From: an uncultured Candidatus Saccharibacteria bacterium
GTDB lineage: Bacteria > Patescibacteriota > Minisyncoccia > Phycocordibacterales > CAIRYW01
NCBI GenBank assembly: GCA_964446625.1
Contig: CAYUPH010000003.1
Location: 64,192 to 128,191, forward strand
DNA: 64,000 nt
Direction: 5' to 3'
Part shown: positions 48,345 to 57,912 of the stretch, piece after piece
Layout: every line of letters starts with the position of its first letter
Numbering within the stretch: position 1 is the stretch's first letter
Made by a program: the position numbers and the translations under genes
The notes under the pieces: model-generated
Seen by the model: the letters and a program-made list of their open reading frames with translations, nothing else
What the model was told of the DNA's origin: nothing
Database searches by the model: none

Positions 48345-49059
48345 AGCGGGGAGAAAATATTTCCGGTCCGTGCCCTCCTTTTTTCACAAATATACTTTTT
48401 ATTTTTTCCCCTGCTACAAAATCTCGAACTGACTCGAGAGAAATCACATCATCATCTTCTGCGTGAATAATGAGCACCTTTTTAGTATCAATTTTTTCTA
48501 AGCCTGTCGCTGGGTTATAAAAGAAGCCTTCTTTAATTTTTTTCCAACCCCCTTTCACGATTCTGTACCCTTCTCCAAAAGCCTCGCTAACAAAGCGACT
48601 CAAAACCGGAATCGGCTCTACAGTGTCGTCCATTGTTCTCCAATCTACAACAGGCGAAAGAGCAAGGACTTTCTTTACTTCCTTTATTGTTGAACTAAAA
48701 AGAGCTGCTGGACCTCCAAAACTAACTCCGTAGACAAAAACTTGTGGAGAAGTAATTTTGAAAGTTTTTCCACCCCATAACTCTTTAAATTCGTTTTGAA
48801 TTCCTTCTATGACATCTACCACATCAAAGCAAGGACACTTCTCAAAAAGTTTTCCCTCGCTTTCCCAAGTTCCGCGATACCTCGGGATAAAAATATAATA
48901 ACCACGCAGAGTGAACTCACGGACGATCTTTTCATATTTTAATTTGTGTGGGTACCCAGGGAGTCCGCTTAAAATAAGCAGAACCTTCTTGGACTTAAGG
49001 TTTTTTGGTACTGCAAATTCTGTGACAATTCCCTTAAACTTTGTTCTGTAGAGGTACAT
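48313..49059 (-). CDS. Alpha/beta hydrolase
   Basis: GVSFGG nucleophile elbow, HAEDDDVI, GGHG. Confidence 0.85.
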   Translation of the reverse strand: MYLYRTKFKGIVTEFAVPKNLKSKKVLLILSGLPGYPHKLKYEKIVREFTLRGYYIFIPRYRGTWESEGKLFEKCPCFDVVDVIEGIQNEFKELWGGKTFKITSPQVFVYGVSFGGPAALFSSTIKEVKKVLALSPVVDWRTMDDTVEPIPVLSRFVSEAFGEGYRIVKGGWKKIKEGFFYNPATGLEKIDTKKVLIIHAEDDDVISLESVRDFVAGEKIKSIFVKKGGHGPEIFSPRFKQTVLKFLS

Positions 49060-49060
49060 A

Positions 49061-50287
49061 CTACTTATTCATAGCCTCAACTACTCTTTGAATAGCAAGC
49101 ATGTACGCCGCCTTTCGTACGGACACATTTTTTTCTTGCTTTAGAGCCCAGATTGAATCGAAAGCTTTTCCTATTTTCTCAGTAAGCTTTGCAAGCACAT
49201 CATCTCGAGTCCACTTCTGCTTTTCCATATTTTGAAGCCATTCAAAGTATGACACGGTTACTCCTCCACTGTTTGAAAGAATGTCTGGAATAGAAATAAT
49301 TCCTTTTCTTTCTAAAATAGCATCAGCTTCTGGGGTGACAGGACCGTTTGCCATTTCTATGATGCACTTTGCAGCGATTTTTTCTGCATTTGCTTCTGTA
49401 ATCACATTTTCAAGTGCAGAAGGTACAAGAACATCTACTGGAAGAAGGAGTAAATCTTCGTTTGAAATAAAACTTGCCCCAGGAAAACTTGCAAGAGTTT
49501 TATTTTTTTCTTTATACTCAATAACTTCTTTTACACTGAGTCCTTCAGGATTATAAATTCCTCCTTTTGAGTCAGAGAGTGCCACTACTTTGTAACCACT
49601 TTTCTCTGCAAAAAGCGCAAAAAACTGTCCAACATTTCCAATTCCTTGAACTGCAATTTTTGTTCCTGTCGCTTCCATGCCAAGGGCTTTTGAGAGAGAC
49701 TCAAGAACCTTAACTCCCCCGTATCCTGTTGCTTCTGCTCGCCCTTCTGATCCTCCACCTCCAATTGTTTTACCTGTAAAGACCGCCTCTACACGCTTTC
49801 CATTTACTTTTGCGTATTCGTCCACCATAATGTCCATAATCTCTGCTGTTGTGTACATGTCAGGAGCAGGAACATCTTTGTTTTCACCAATACAGTCTGC
49901 AATCGAGCGCACAAAAGAGCGAGAAAGATTTTCTATTTCAGTTTTTGAGAGAACTCTTGTATCGACAATTACTCCTCCCTTTCCTCCACCAAAAGGAATG
50001 TCGGCTACCGCGCATTTCCATGTCATCCAACTTGAAAGCGCCTTTACTTCACTTAAATTAACTTCAGGAGAAAAGCGAAGCCCTCCTTTGTATGGACCAC
50101 GCGCATTGTTGTGCTGACTTCGAAAGCCAGTAAAACTTTTTATTTCACCACTGTCCATTTTGACTGGAAAATGCACTTCAATTACTCGCTCCGGCGTCGA
50201 GATTCGCTTCATCATCCCTGCAGAAAGTCCAAGGGCATCTGCGGCATCTGTTACTTGTTTAATCGAGTTTTGAAATGGGTCGTTCAT
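49061..50287 (-). CDS. gdhA: Glu/Leu/Phe/Val dehydrogenase (glutamate dehydrogenase)
   Basis: GPYKGGLRF, PFGGGKGG, DVPAPD, QGIGNVG, EMANGP, GGVTVSYFEW. Confidence 0.93.
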   Translation of the reverse strand: MNDPFQNSIKQVTDAADALGLSAGMMKRISTPERVIEVHFPVKMDSGEIKSFTGFRSQHNNARGPYKGGLRFSPEVNLSEVKALSSWMTWKCAVADIPFGGGKGGVIVDTRVLSKTEIENLSRSFVRSIADCIGENKDVPAPDMYTTAEIMDIMVDEYAKVNGKRVEAVFTGKTIGGGGSEGRAEATGYGGVKVLESLSKALGMEATGTKIAVQGIGNVGQFFALFAEKSGYKVVALSDSKGGIYNPEGLSVKEVIEYKEKNKTLASFPGASFISNEDLLLLPVDVLVPSALENVITEANAEKIAAKCIIEMANGPVTPEADAILERKGIISIPDILSNSGGVTVSYFEWLQNMEKQKWTRDDVLAKLTEKIGKAFDSIWALKQEKNVSVRKAAYMLAIQRVVEAMNK

Positions 50288-50360
50288 AAAAATATGTTAG
50301 TTTGTATACACCTATTATACCGCATTTTAAAAATGCTTGGGAAATAAAAAAGGAAGCTAT

Positions 50361-50756
50361 TTAGGCTTCCTTGGCGTGCATTAAAAGGATTTCCCCGTAG
50401 AAATCTCTCGTGGTGGAAATTCTTCCCCTCGACAAGATAGCAAACTGACCTGTTTCCATTGTCCATTTACCACCTACTTTCTTTAGGAAAACTTGGAAAG
50501 ATTGACCTTCTCCGAGTAGAAGAACTCCTTTTATTAGCTTGTAGCCCGCGCCATTTAACAAGGCGCAAACTTCACGGGCAAGGGCTTCAAGTTTATATTT
50601 TACTTCTTCTCGAGACATTGTTTTGTCCCAAGAAGCAAAAATACAACCACACTCTCCTTTTACCTTAAATCCGATGAAAACTTTTTGAACAAGCTCGGAA
50701 ATTTCTGACCTTACCTTTTTAAAAGACTTTCCTCGGATATGAACCCGAATTTCCAT
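50361..50756 (-). CDS. Hypothetical protein (orphan)
   Basis: Start ATG 50756, 9 nt after TATAGT. Confidence 0.55.
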   Translation of the reverse strand: MEIRVHIRGKSFKKVRSEISELVQKVFIGFKVKGECGCIFASWDKTMSREEVKYKLEALAREVCALLNGAGYKLIKGVLLLGEGQSFQVFLKKVGGKWTMETGQFAILSRGRISTTRDFYGEILLMHAKEA

Positions 50757-50820
50757 ACTCGCAAAACTATACCTCAAAAATATTTTTTGGCAATAAAAAA
50801 AGAGAAGGAGGAGACCTTCT

Positions 50821-51168
50821 CTAAAATGGAAACGGCAAGGGCTCACGACCTTGAGCAATCAACCAGGCATTAAACCCGGCGTATGTAGTGAAATAACACC
50901 AGAAACTGTCGAATTCAAGTCTTACTCGGTGGGCCTCTCTGAGGTAGTTTTGAGTGAAAGTCTTTCCCTCCCAGAGGTGAAATTGACTGCGTATGATGTA
51001 GCCAACATCCTGGTTCCGACATCCGAGGCGAATTTGTCCGACCCACTTAAGACAACCATCCTGATTATGAATCCCGGGAAATGGGGTGCCTAGCGACTCA
51101 ACAACGCCTGGCTCTAAGTCCGTTATTTGGTGCGCATCGCACCCATAAAAGGAGAATGAAAAGATCAT
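50821..51168 (-). CDS. Hypothetical protein (orphan)
   Basis: 115-aa ORF with promoter-like upstream region. Confidence 0.55.
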   Translation of the reverse strand: MIFSFSFYGCDAHQITDLEPGVVESLGTPFPGIHNQDGCLKWVGQIRLGCRNQDVGYIIRSQFHLWEGKTFTQNYLREAHRVRLEFDSFWCYFTTYAGFNAWLIAQGREPLPFPF

Positions 51169-51213
51169 AACTCTTTTACTCTACACCCGACACATACTTT
51201 TTTCAAAGTGGAA

Positions 51214-52290
51214 TTACTTCACCACTTCGAGAAGCTCAGGTGTATTTCCACCCTCTGCAATATCAAAACGAATTCGCCCAAGCACTCTTCCATTTGCTGT
51301 TTTGGTGTCTACTCTCCAAAGCCCCGGCTTTGGCGTACTGTAAAATGAATATATTCGATATCCGTCTTCCCTACCACCAACAAGTGTCGTTTCTATTTTT
51401 GCCTTACTTACCCAACCTTCTTCAGCATCTTTGTACTGCCAATCGTGAATAATCTTTGTATTGAGATTTAAAGGCGAATAGACTGATGTAAATACATAAG
51501 GGTAGTCAGAACTACTCTCTGCGGTAAACACTTTCTTAAACGACAAAATGTCTTCTATGGTTCGCTTTTCTTCAAAACCAACATAGTTTCCTCCTTTTCT
51601 CTCAAAATGATGGTAAATACCCGAGTCTTTTACATAGAGTGGAAGCGGAGGAATAAACCCAAATAGATACATGATGTTTATAACAGCAAAAGCTCCCCAA
51701 ATTGCGAGCGAGGCGTGGAGCTTCTCTTTTTGATCTGCGTGCTTTGCAACAGAAAAAAGTAATCTTCCAAAGAGTGTAATGATCACAATTGAGAGGATAC
51801 CACTTAAAACAAATACTCCTCCTGAAATGCTTTTAAAAACAACCGGCAGAGCAAAAATGAGAAACGCAAATATGCTTATATAAAAGACGACGAGCTGAAA
51901 AATCCGTGCTTTGTACTTTGATTTAAGGAATTCGTTTGCAAGCATAAGGAAACAAAGAAGGAGAAGAAACGGAAAACTTGCTTCGAGCGAAGAACCTCTT
52001 CCGTAGAAAACCAGGAAACCACTAAAGAGTCCTCCTGCAGCAAATTGGAGTGCGAAAAAAGAAAAAAAGTGAAGTGCCTCTCTTTGTCTCATATACGGCT
52101 CTCTCTCGATGTAATTAAGAAGAAGAAGTGAAATAGCTGTGATAACAATATAAGAAACAAATACAAGATTTTCAGCAAGAAAATCAACTCTGCGAAGTGT
52201 TAGATTATCGATCAGAAAACCAAGAAGAAGCGCTACTCTTGAAAAGCTATTTTCGTATTTTAGGTAAAATGTTCGCAGTGCTCTAAGCAT
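51214..52290 (-). CDS. Membrane protein with C-terminal DUF2914-like domain
   Basis: About 7 TM; GGREDGYR, GLWRVD..GRIRF. Confidence 0.8.
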   Translation of the reverse strand: MLRALRTFYLKYENSFSRVALLLGFLIDNLTLRRVDFLAENLVFVSYIVITAISLLLLNYIEREPYMRQREALHFFSFFALQFAAGGLFSGFLVFYGRGSSLEASFPFLLLLCFLMLANEFLKSKYKARIFQLVVFYISIFAFLIFALPVVFKSISGGVFVLSGILSIVIITLFGRLLFSVAKHADQKEKLHASLAIWGAFAVINIMYLFGFIPPLPLYVKDSGIYHHFERKGGNYVGFEEKRTIEDILSFKKVFTAESSSDYPYVFTSVYSPLNLNTKIIHDWQYKDAEEGWVSKAKIETTLVGGREDGYRIYSFYSTPKPGLWRVDTKTANGRVLGRIRFDIAEGGNTPELLEVVK

Positions 52291-52294
52291 GGTT

Positions 52295-52831
52295 TTATTT
52301 TACCTCACAAACACCGTTCTTTTCTACAAGCCGAAGGTTGTACCAAAGAGAGAACCCAAGGAGGAGAACTGCTAAAATATCTACTTCAAGCCCTTTTAGA
52401 GGAAGTCTCGCGAGTAGTGCTCCTCCGCCTATTCCCGCAAAAACGAAGCCGAGCGCAATGTTACCACATGCAAAGCACCCTGCTCCGAATGCGCTTCCGA
52501 GGCCTCCTATAATTCCGGAGAGAGCGCTCCTTTTGCTTCCATAGTTTCTTCTATAAATATAAACACTTGTTGCAACAGATAGAGACAAAAGAATAGCAAG
52601 AACAAAGGAAAGAAAAACGGAAAAAGCCGGATATGAGACAGTAAAGGAAATGACGGATGTAAAAAGAAACTTTATTTTCTGCAAAAAGGTAAACCCCGGA
52701 AAACTAAAAAGAGTTCTAATCGTCTGCAGTGAGGGCACTAGAGCAAACAAAGAGTAAGAGAAAACAAAACACAAAACGACAATACTTTTGTACTGTCGTT
52801 TTGCAAAAATTGTTTTGAGGGAATTCCTCAT
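52295..52831 (-). CDS. 4-TM membrane protein with CxxC
   Basis: GAGCFACG; C-terminal Cys; directly downstream of dsbA. Confidence 0.75.
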   Translation of the reverse strand: MRNSLKTIFAKRQYKSIVVLCFVFSYSLFALVPSLQTIRTLFSFPGFTFLQKIKFLFTSVISFTVSYPAFSVFLSFVLAILLSLSVATSVYIYRRNYGSKRSALSGIIGGLGSAFGAGCFACGNIALGFVFAGIGGGALLARLPLKGLEVDILAVLLLGFSLWYNLRLVEKNGVCEVK

Positions 52832-52839
52832 TTGGAAAA

Positions 52840-53565
52840 CTATTTAGAAAGGGCTTCTATAACAGCAGAAACATATTCGTAGTCCTGAGCACCATTTACT
52901 GGAATCTTATCCCCTTTTGCATTCACCACAATACTCCATGGTGTCCCATTTCCTCCTGTTTCAAAGGCGTTGTTGAGGTCAGTAGTCACCTTTGAAGCAA
53001 ATTTTCCTGAAGACAGACATGCACTAAACACTTTTTCATCCACGCCAACTTTTTTTGCTATTTCTGGAAGTTTTGCTGGATCGAGTCCATTGTTCATTGG
53101 TGAAGTTGCAAAAACTTCATCAACAAAAGCAAAAAACTTTTCGTTTCCTCCTTGTTCATATACACACTCAGCTGCTTCTGCTTCTTTTGGAGCTCTTGAG
53201 TGAAGTTGCGCCAGTGGAAAATGTCGATACACAATCGCTGCTTTTCCTGATTTAACAAAGTTCTCCTTTACCTGTGCGAGCGCGTCGATATGGAATCTTT
53301 TGCAGAAAGGACACTCTAGGTCTGTATAGACAACAATCTTAACTGGTGCATTTGGGTTTCCTTGTATATGATCAGCTTTTACATCAACTGGTCGCATCTT
53401 ATCCAGTTTTTCCTGTGACACTTCTTCTTCCTGTCCTGAAGGTGCTGCGGCAGGTTGTTTTGAGCCACTAAAGAAAATTGCAATCGCCACAAGGAGTCCT
53501 GCTGCAACAATTGCTAGAGGAATCGCGAGAGGACTTTGGTTTTTTTGTTCCATATCTTTCTCCAT
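52840..53565 (-). CDS. DsbA/BdbD-like thiol-disulfide oxidoreductase
   Basis: N-terminal TM, DLECPFC, RHFPL, GTP cis-Pro loop. Confidence 0.92.
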   Translation of the reverse strand: MEKDMEQKNQSPLAIPLAIVAAGLLVAIAIFFSGSKQPAAAPSGQEEEVSQEKLDKMRPVDVKADHIQGNPNAPVKIVVYTDLECPFCKRFHIDALAQVKENFVKSGKAAIVYRHFPLAQLHSRAPKEAEAAECVYEQGGNEKFFAFVDEVFATSPMNNGLDPAKLPEIAKKVGVDEKVFSACLSSGKFASKVTTDLNNAFETGGNGTPWSIVVNAKGDKIPVNGAQDYEYVSAVIEALSK

Positions 53566-53606
53566 ATTTGTTTAATGATATTTTGTAATTATACCAACAG
53601 TTGTAC

Positions 53607-53642
53607 AAAATCAAAACGCCCCGCGAGGGGCGTTTTGATTTA
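53607..53642. terminator. Bidirectional-type intrinsic terminator
   Basis: aaaatcaaaacgcccc-gcga-ggggcgttttgatttt. Confidence 0.8.
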
Positions 53643-54404
53643 ATTAGCTGAACATTTTTTTGCCTCAGCGATTCTATCTTCGATTTTCTTTAGAATTTTA
53701 TCAGCATTATTTCTGTTTGGATCCTCAGCTGGATTATGGGGCGTTCCATCTTCCAAGTCACTTGCTGTTCCGTTTGTCCAAACCAGACCATCATCGTTGG
53801 TAAGTTTAGCAGCACACATAGCCTGGTTAATTTTTCTCCACTGATTTCCAATATTATCAAAGTCAGCAAATGGAATAGGTGGGATTGGCCATACAACAGA
53901 CAAACATTTGCTTCCTTTATCAATTGGCGGATCAAGCGCAAGAAAGTCTACACAGTATCCCTGCTTTTTCATTTCCTCAACCACAGTCTTAACAGTTGAT
54001 CCTGCTGAAAAACCAATAACAAGAATACTTTGCTTATCTTTTCCTTTCTCTCTTATTTGCTTTTCAAGTTCTTTTTTTGCTTTTTCTATATCTCCCGGCC
54101 AATGGCGTTCGTCTGATAATGGTATTGCAGAATAATTGCCATTTGGGACATGTGAAAGCTCTTTAATCTTTTTCTCCATAGCATCATCCTTTTGAGAATA
54201 CAAACCTCCTACAAAAATGATTTTTTTAGGTGGACAAATACATTTTTCATAAGGATTAGAGACAGTTTGTGCTTTTCTTGCAGTGGCAAGAAGATTGCTA
54301 ATTGTAATATCCCTCAACTTTATCCCGTTTGAGGAAGCACGCAGAAAAACTAAAGCAAGTACTATTGTTACAATAAGAACTCCAACCAAAATCTTTTGTC
54401 TCAT
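53640..54404 (-). CDS. Exported Cys-rich alpha/beta-hydrolase-fold protein
   Basis: Signal anchor, IIFVGG, VIGFSAG, LALDPP, late His (GTPHNP). Confidence 0.65.
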   Translation of the reverse strand: MRQKILVGVLIVTIVLALVFLRASSNGIKLRDITISNLLATARKAQTVSNPYEKCICPPKKIIFVGGLYSQKDDAMEKKIKELSHVPNGNYSAIPLSDERHWPGDIEKAKKELEKQIREKGKDKQSILVIGFSAGSTVKTVVEEMKKQGYCVDFLALDPPIDKGSKCLSVVWPIPPIPFADFDNIGNQWRKINQAMCAAKLTNDDGLVWTNGTASDLEDGTPHNPAEDPNRNNADKILKKIEDRIAEAKKCSAN

Positions 54405-54454
54405 TTTCTTTTATCTAGAATAATATAAGATATAAACGACATATATAATGTTAT

Positions 54455-56971
54455 ATGAAGGAAAATACTCGTCAAGTGAATAAATGGGCATTTCTATGGG
54501 CTTTTCTGTTGCCTATTATCCTTGGAACTGGAATCTACTATTTCTTTTTTGAACGCCTCTATACCCCTATTTCTACCTATAACTGCGTTAGCTACGAACC
54601 ATCGGCTCTTGCACGAATTGGTAGTATTGAAGACGGAAAATTTAATCTGGATGAAGTAAAAAAAGACCTCAAACTACTAAAAACAAAAACAGGGTGTATT
54701 CGACTATATAAATCTAGTGGAGACTACACAAAAATCTCGCTTCTTGCAGGAGAAGTAGGCCTCAGAATTTCCCAAGGCATTTGGATAGAGCCAGACCTAA
54801 AAGAAAATCAAAAAGAAATTGCCGCTCTTCTCTCCCTTTTAAAAACAAACAAGTCGATTGACCTAGTGATTGTAGGAAACGAGACTCAGCTTTTTAATAT
54901 CATTCCTGAAAAGACTCTTATCGATTACATAAAACAAATTAGAGGAGAAACAAAGATTCCAATCACAACCGGAGAACCTGCCTATTTTTATATAGATAAT
55001 CCCTCTTTTACAAAATATGTTGATTACATTGGGATTCAAACATTTCCTTACTGGCAAGGTGTGTCGATAGAAGACTCCATAAGCTTCCTACAAGAACTTG
55101 TACAAAATGTAAAAAAAGAGTTTCCGCGAAAAAAAATCTATATTTTAGAAACTGGGTGGCCAAACATGGGACAAGTTAGAAACGACTCAAAAACAAGCCT
55201 TATGACACAAAGAAAATATTTTGACGAGGTTTCAAAATGGTTTCAAAAAGAAAAAATTCCCTACAACATCATTGAAGCATTTGATCAGAGCTGGAAAATT
55301 GAAAAAGGTGAAGGTATAAGTGGAGGGCACTGGGGACTCTGGGACAATAAACGAAATGATAAAGCGGATAAATACGTTCAAAATTCAAAAATATTTTTGA
55401 TCCTCTTTTTAGTGTTTAGCTTGCTCATAAATTTTTTGGCTGTTATATGGCGGAAAGGAAATTCTCTTTCATCTTTTATTTTTTACTTTATATTAAACAG
55501 TCTTTCATTGTCTGTGATCCTTTATACTACACTTGCACTCAAAAACTCTTACCTACTCCTCTCTACTTTTTCATGGATACTCTTTGCAACTTCTAATCTT
55601 TTTCTTGTTTCAATTATTTATATAGCGATGAATGAGGTTTTTTTTGGGGGCACATGTGACTTAGCTGTTTCAAAAAAAGATACATCTCTAAAGAAAAAAT
55701 CACTTCCCTTTGTCTCTATTCTCATTCCCACTTCAAACGAGAATCCAAAAATTGTTTTAGAAACAATACACTCGTGCCTCGCGCAAGACTTTCCTTACTT
55801 TGAGGTGATCGTTATTGATAACAACACTACAAAAGAAGAGCTATGGCTTCCACTTTCAAAGGTGCGTGACCAGAGGTACAAATTTTTCCATGAGGAAAAG
55901 CTCGCTGGTTTTAAGGCGGGAGCATTAAACTACGCTCTATTAAAACGAGACCCGGGGTCTATTTATACAGCATTTCTTGACGCAGACTACATTGTAGATA
56001 AAAACTGGCTTTCTGATGCAATCTTTCACCTTGCAGAAGATGAAAATAAAAATGTTGCAGCAGTACAGTATCCTCAAGCATATAGAAAAGTAAGCGGTTC
56101 CCTTCTTGAGCTCGGCGCAACTATTGAGCAGGATTTCTTTACCAAAGTTAATCTTCCAATTCGAAGCAATTCGAACTCTGTTTTGCTTCACGGTACAATG
56201 TCAGTCATAAAAAATGATTTTCTAAGAGTATGTGAAATACGAAGTTCTACAATTTGTGAAGACGCGGATCTTGGACTCCAAATTCTTTCTTTAGGCGGAA
56301 CAATCTTGTATTCATCTGAAATTTTAGGAAAAGGAATTGCGCCTCAAAGCTATGTCGAGCTAAAAACCCAAAGGTCGCGCTGGGTAATTGGTGCGATGCA
56401 AATAATTAAAAAGTTTCTTTTTGAAAAAGAATACAGTGGTCTAACAAAAGCACAAAAATTTTCATACTTAAAAGGTTGGCTTTTCTGGGTAGCCCATGTT
56501 TTCTACCCCGTGTTTATTGTTCTTAGTTTTTTCGGAAGTATGAGTATAATGCTCGACGAAATGTTCGTACTTCCTTTTGAATTAAACCTTATCTCCCTTC
56601 TCACTTTTTTTGTTATCATTGTGGTCTTTATTTTTATCGGTGTAAAAGATCTTCGGTACAGTGCAAAGCAAATTTTTGGAACCCTTCTTGTGGGAGCATC
56701 ACTCACACTTACAATCGCTGAAAGTGTGATGCTTGGATTTTTGTTTCGTAACCATTCATTCAAGAGGACTCGCTCTGATGCAGATAAAACAAACGAAAAA
56801 TACTACTACTTTTCAATTCTCATAATACTTATTGGAGAAATCTACTTTACACACCGAACTTACGGCTTTAAATACCTCGACACAACTGTGTGGATGCTTG
56901 CAGTTCTTGCACTTACAATCCCTATAGCAAGTACAAGTTACTTTCTCTACAAAGACGATAAAAAAGTTTAA
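54455..56971 (+). CDS. GH17-GT2 fusion, NdvB-like beta-1,3-glucan glucosyltransferase
   Basis: GH17 VGNE, PYW, ETGWP, EAFDQSWK, HWGL; GT2 FKAGALN, DADY, EDADLG, QRSRW; many TM. Confidence 0.88.
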   Translation: MKENTRQVNKWAFLWAFLLPIILGTGIYYFFFERLYTPISTYNCVSYEPSALARIGSIEDGKFNLDEVKKDLKLLKTKTGCIRLYKSSGDYTKISLLAGEVGLRISQGIWIEPDLKENQKEIAALLSLLKTNKSIDLVIVGNETQLFNIIPEKTLIDYIKQIRGETKIPITTGEPAYFYIDNPSFTKYVDYIGIQTFPYWQGVSIEDSISFLQELVQNVKKEFPRKKIYILETGWPNMGQVRNDSKTSLMTQRKYFDEVSKWFQKEKIPYNIIEAFDQSWKIEKGEGISGGHWGLWDNKRNDKADKYVQNSKIFLILFLVFSLLINFLAVIWRKGNSLSSFIFYFILNSLSLSVILYTTLALKNSYLLLSTFSWILFATSNLFLVSIIYIAMNEVFFGGTCDLAVSKKDTSLKKKSLPFVSILIPTSNENPKIVLETIHSCLAQDFPYFEVIVIDNNTTKEELWLPLSKVRDQRYKFFHEEKLAGFKAGALNYALLKRDPGSIYTAFLDADYIVDKNWLSDAIFHLAEDENKNVAAVQYPQAYRKVSGSLLELGATIEQDFFTKVNLPIRSNSNSVLLHGTMSVIKNDFLRVCEIRSSTICEDADLGLQILSLGGTILYSSEILGKGIAPQSYVELKTQRSRWVIGAMQIIKKFLFEKEYSGLTKAQKFSYLKGWLFWVAHVFYPVFIVLSFFGSMSIMLDEMFVLPFELNLISLLTFFVIIVVFIFIGVKDLRYSAKQIFGTLLVGASLTLTIAESVMLGFLFRNHSFKRTRSDADKTNEKYYYFSILIILIGEIYFTHRTYGFKYLDTTVWMLAVLALTIPIASTSYFLYKDDKKV

Positions 56972-57402
56972 GACTCTTTCTTTTCAAGTACGTTATAAAC
57001 CTTTGAAACAAGCCTTTCTATAGCTGAAAGCGCCATTATAAGGTGAAAAGCAAAAACTTCACCTGGAAAGAGGCAAGCACTGTAGACTGTGAGCATTGCA
57101 ATCCATACACCAAGGCACGAAGGGCACGAGAAAAGGTCCCTAAGAAAAAGAATTAACTTTCCCTTCTTCTTTTCCGGCAAATTTTCTCCTGAGACAATCT
57201 CCCGCACAGGCTCTGCAACTTTTTCAAAAACAAGAATGTCCGCCGTGCGATAAACTCCTAGTCCTAAAACGATTAAAATCAAGAAATCCAGGCTTCCAAT
57301 AAGCACATATACACGCTCACGAAGCAAGACTAGCGCCACAATGTTCACCCCCGCAAAAACCAGCATTCCCGCTAGGTTTCTTTCTTTTGCATTTTTCTTC
57401 AT
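56968..57402 (-). CDS. DUF1360-like membrane protein
   Basis: YRTADIL..E..R, LFSCPSCLGVW; start ATG 57402. Confidence 0.75.
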   Translation of the reverse strand: MKKNAKERNLAGMLVFAGVNIVALVLLRERVYVLIGSLDFLILIVLGLGVYRTADILVFEKVAEPVREIVSGENLPEKKKGKLILFLRDLFSCPSCLGVWIAMLTVYSACLFPGEVFAFHLIMALSAIERLVSKVYNVLEKKES

Positions 57403-57482
57403 GAACCAAAATATACAGCACAAGGATTAGTAAAGCATTAAGGCTTGAGAAATATACCTATCCCAACTATACTAGCGTCAGT

Positions 57483-57899
57483 ATGAAGACAATCGCTTAT
57501 GTTGACCTTATGTTGATAATTATAAGGATTCTCGACCCTACCCAGCCTGATAGTGAGCACGGCGCGGAAGGATTTGTGATGGCATGGGGTAAACCTGAAG
57601 GACCATTAGATCCATCTGCTCAAGTGATTTACGTCTACCAAATGGTAAAAGGTGATTCGAATGTTCTGCGAGTTGAGGCGATTTTTGAGGGAGGAAGCGC
57701 TTATATGGATTTTTTCCAAGCTGATTTACCGGCCACAGGATATAGAATCAACCCTGTTGTTGGGGGCAAAAGCGACGACACCTCAAATTTGCCACCTTGG
57801 ATTAGCACAGCAAGTGCTACCGTCTTTTTTCAACCATCTATGGCGGCGCTTCTAGAGTTTGCAGGAGTCCAATCTTTCGAAGAGCTTACCGAGGGTTAA
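57483..57899 (+). CDS. Hypothetical protein (orphan)
   Basis: 138 aa; TTGAGA..TATACT promoter 9 nt upstream. Confidence 0.6.
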   Translation: MKTIAYVDLMLIIIRILDPTQPDSEHGAEGFVMAWGKPEGPLDPSAQVIYVYQMVKGDSNVLRVEAIFEGGSAYMDFFQADLPATGYRINPVVGGKSDDTSNLPPWISTASATVFFQPSMAALLEFAGVQSFEELTEG

Positions 57900-57912
57900 C
57901 TACCCTCTTTTT

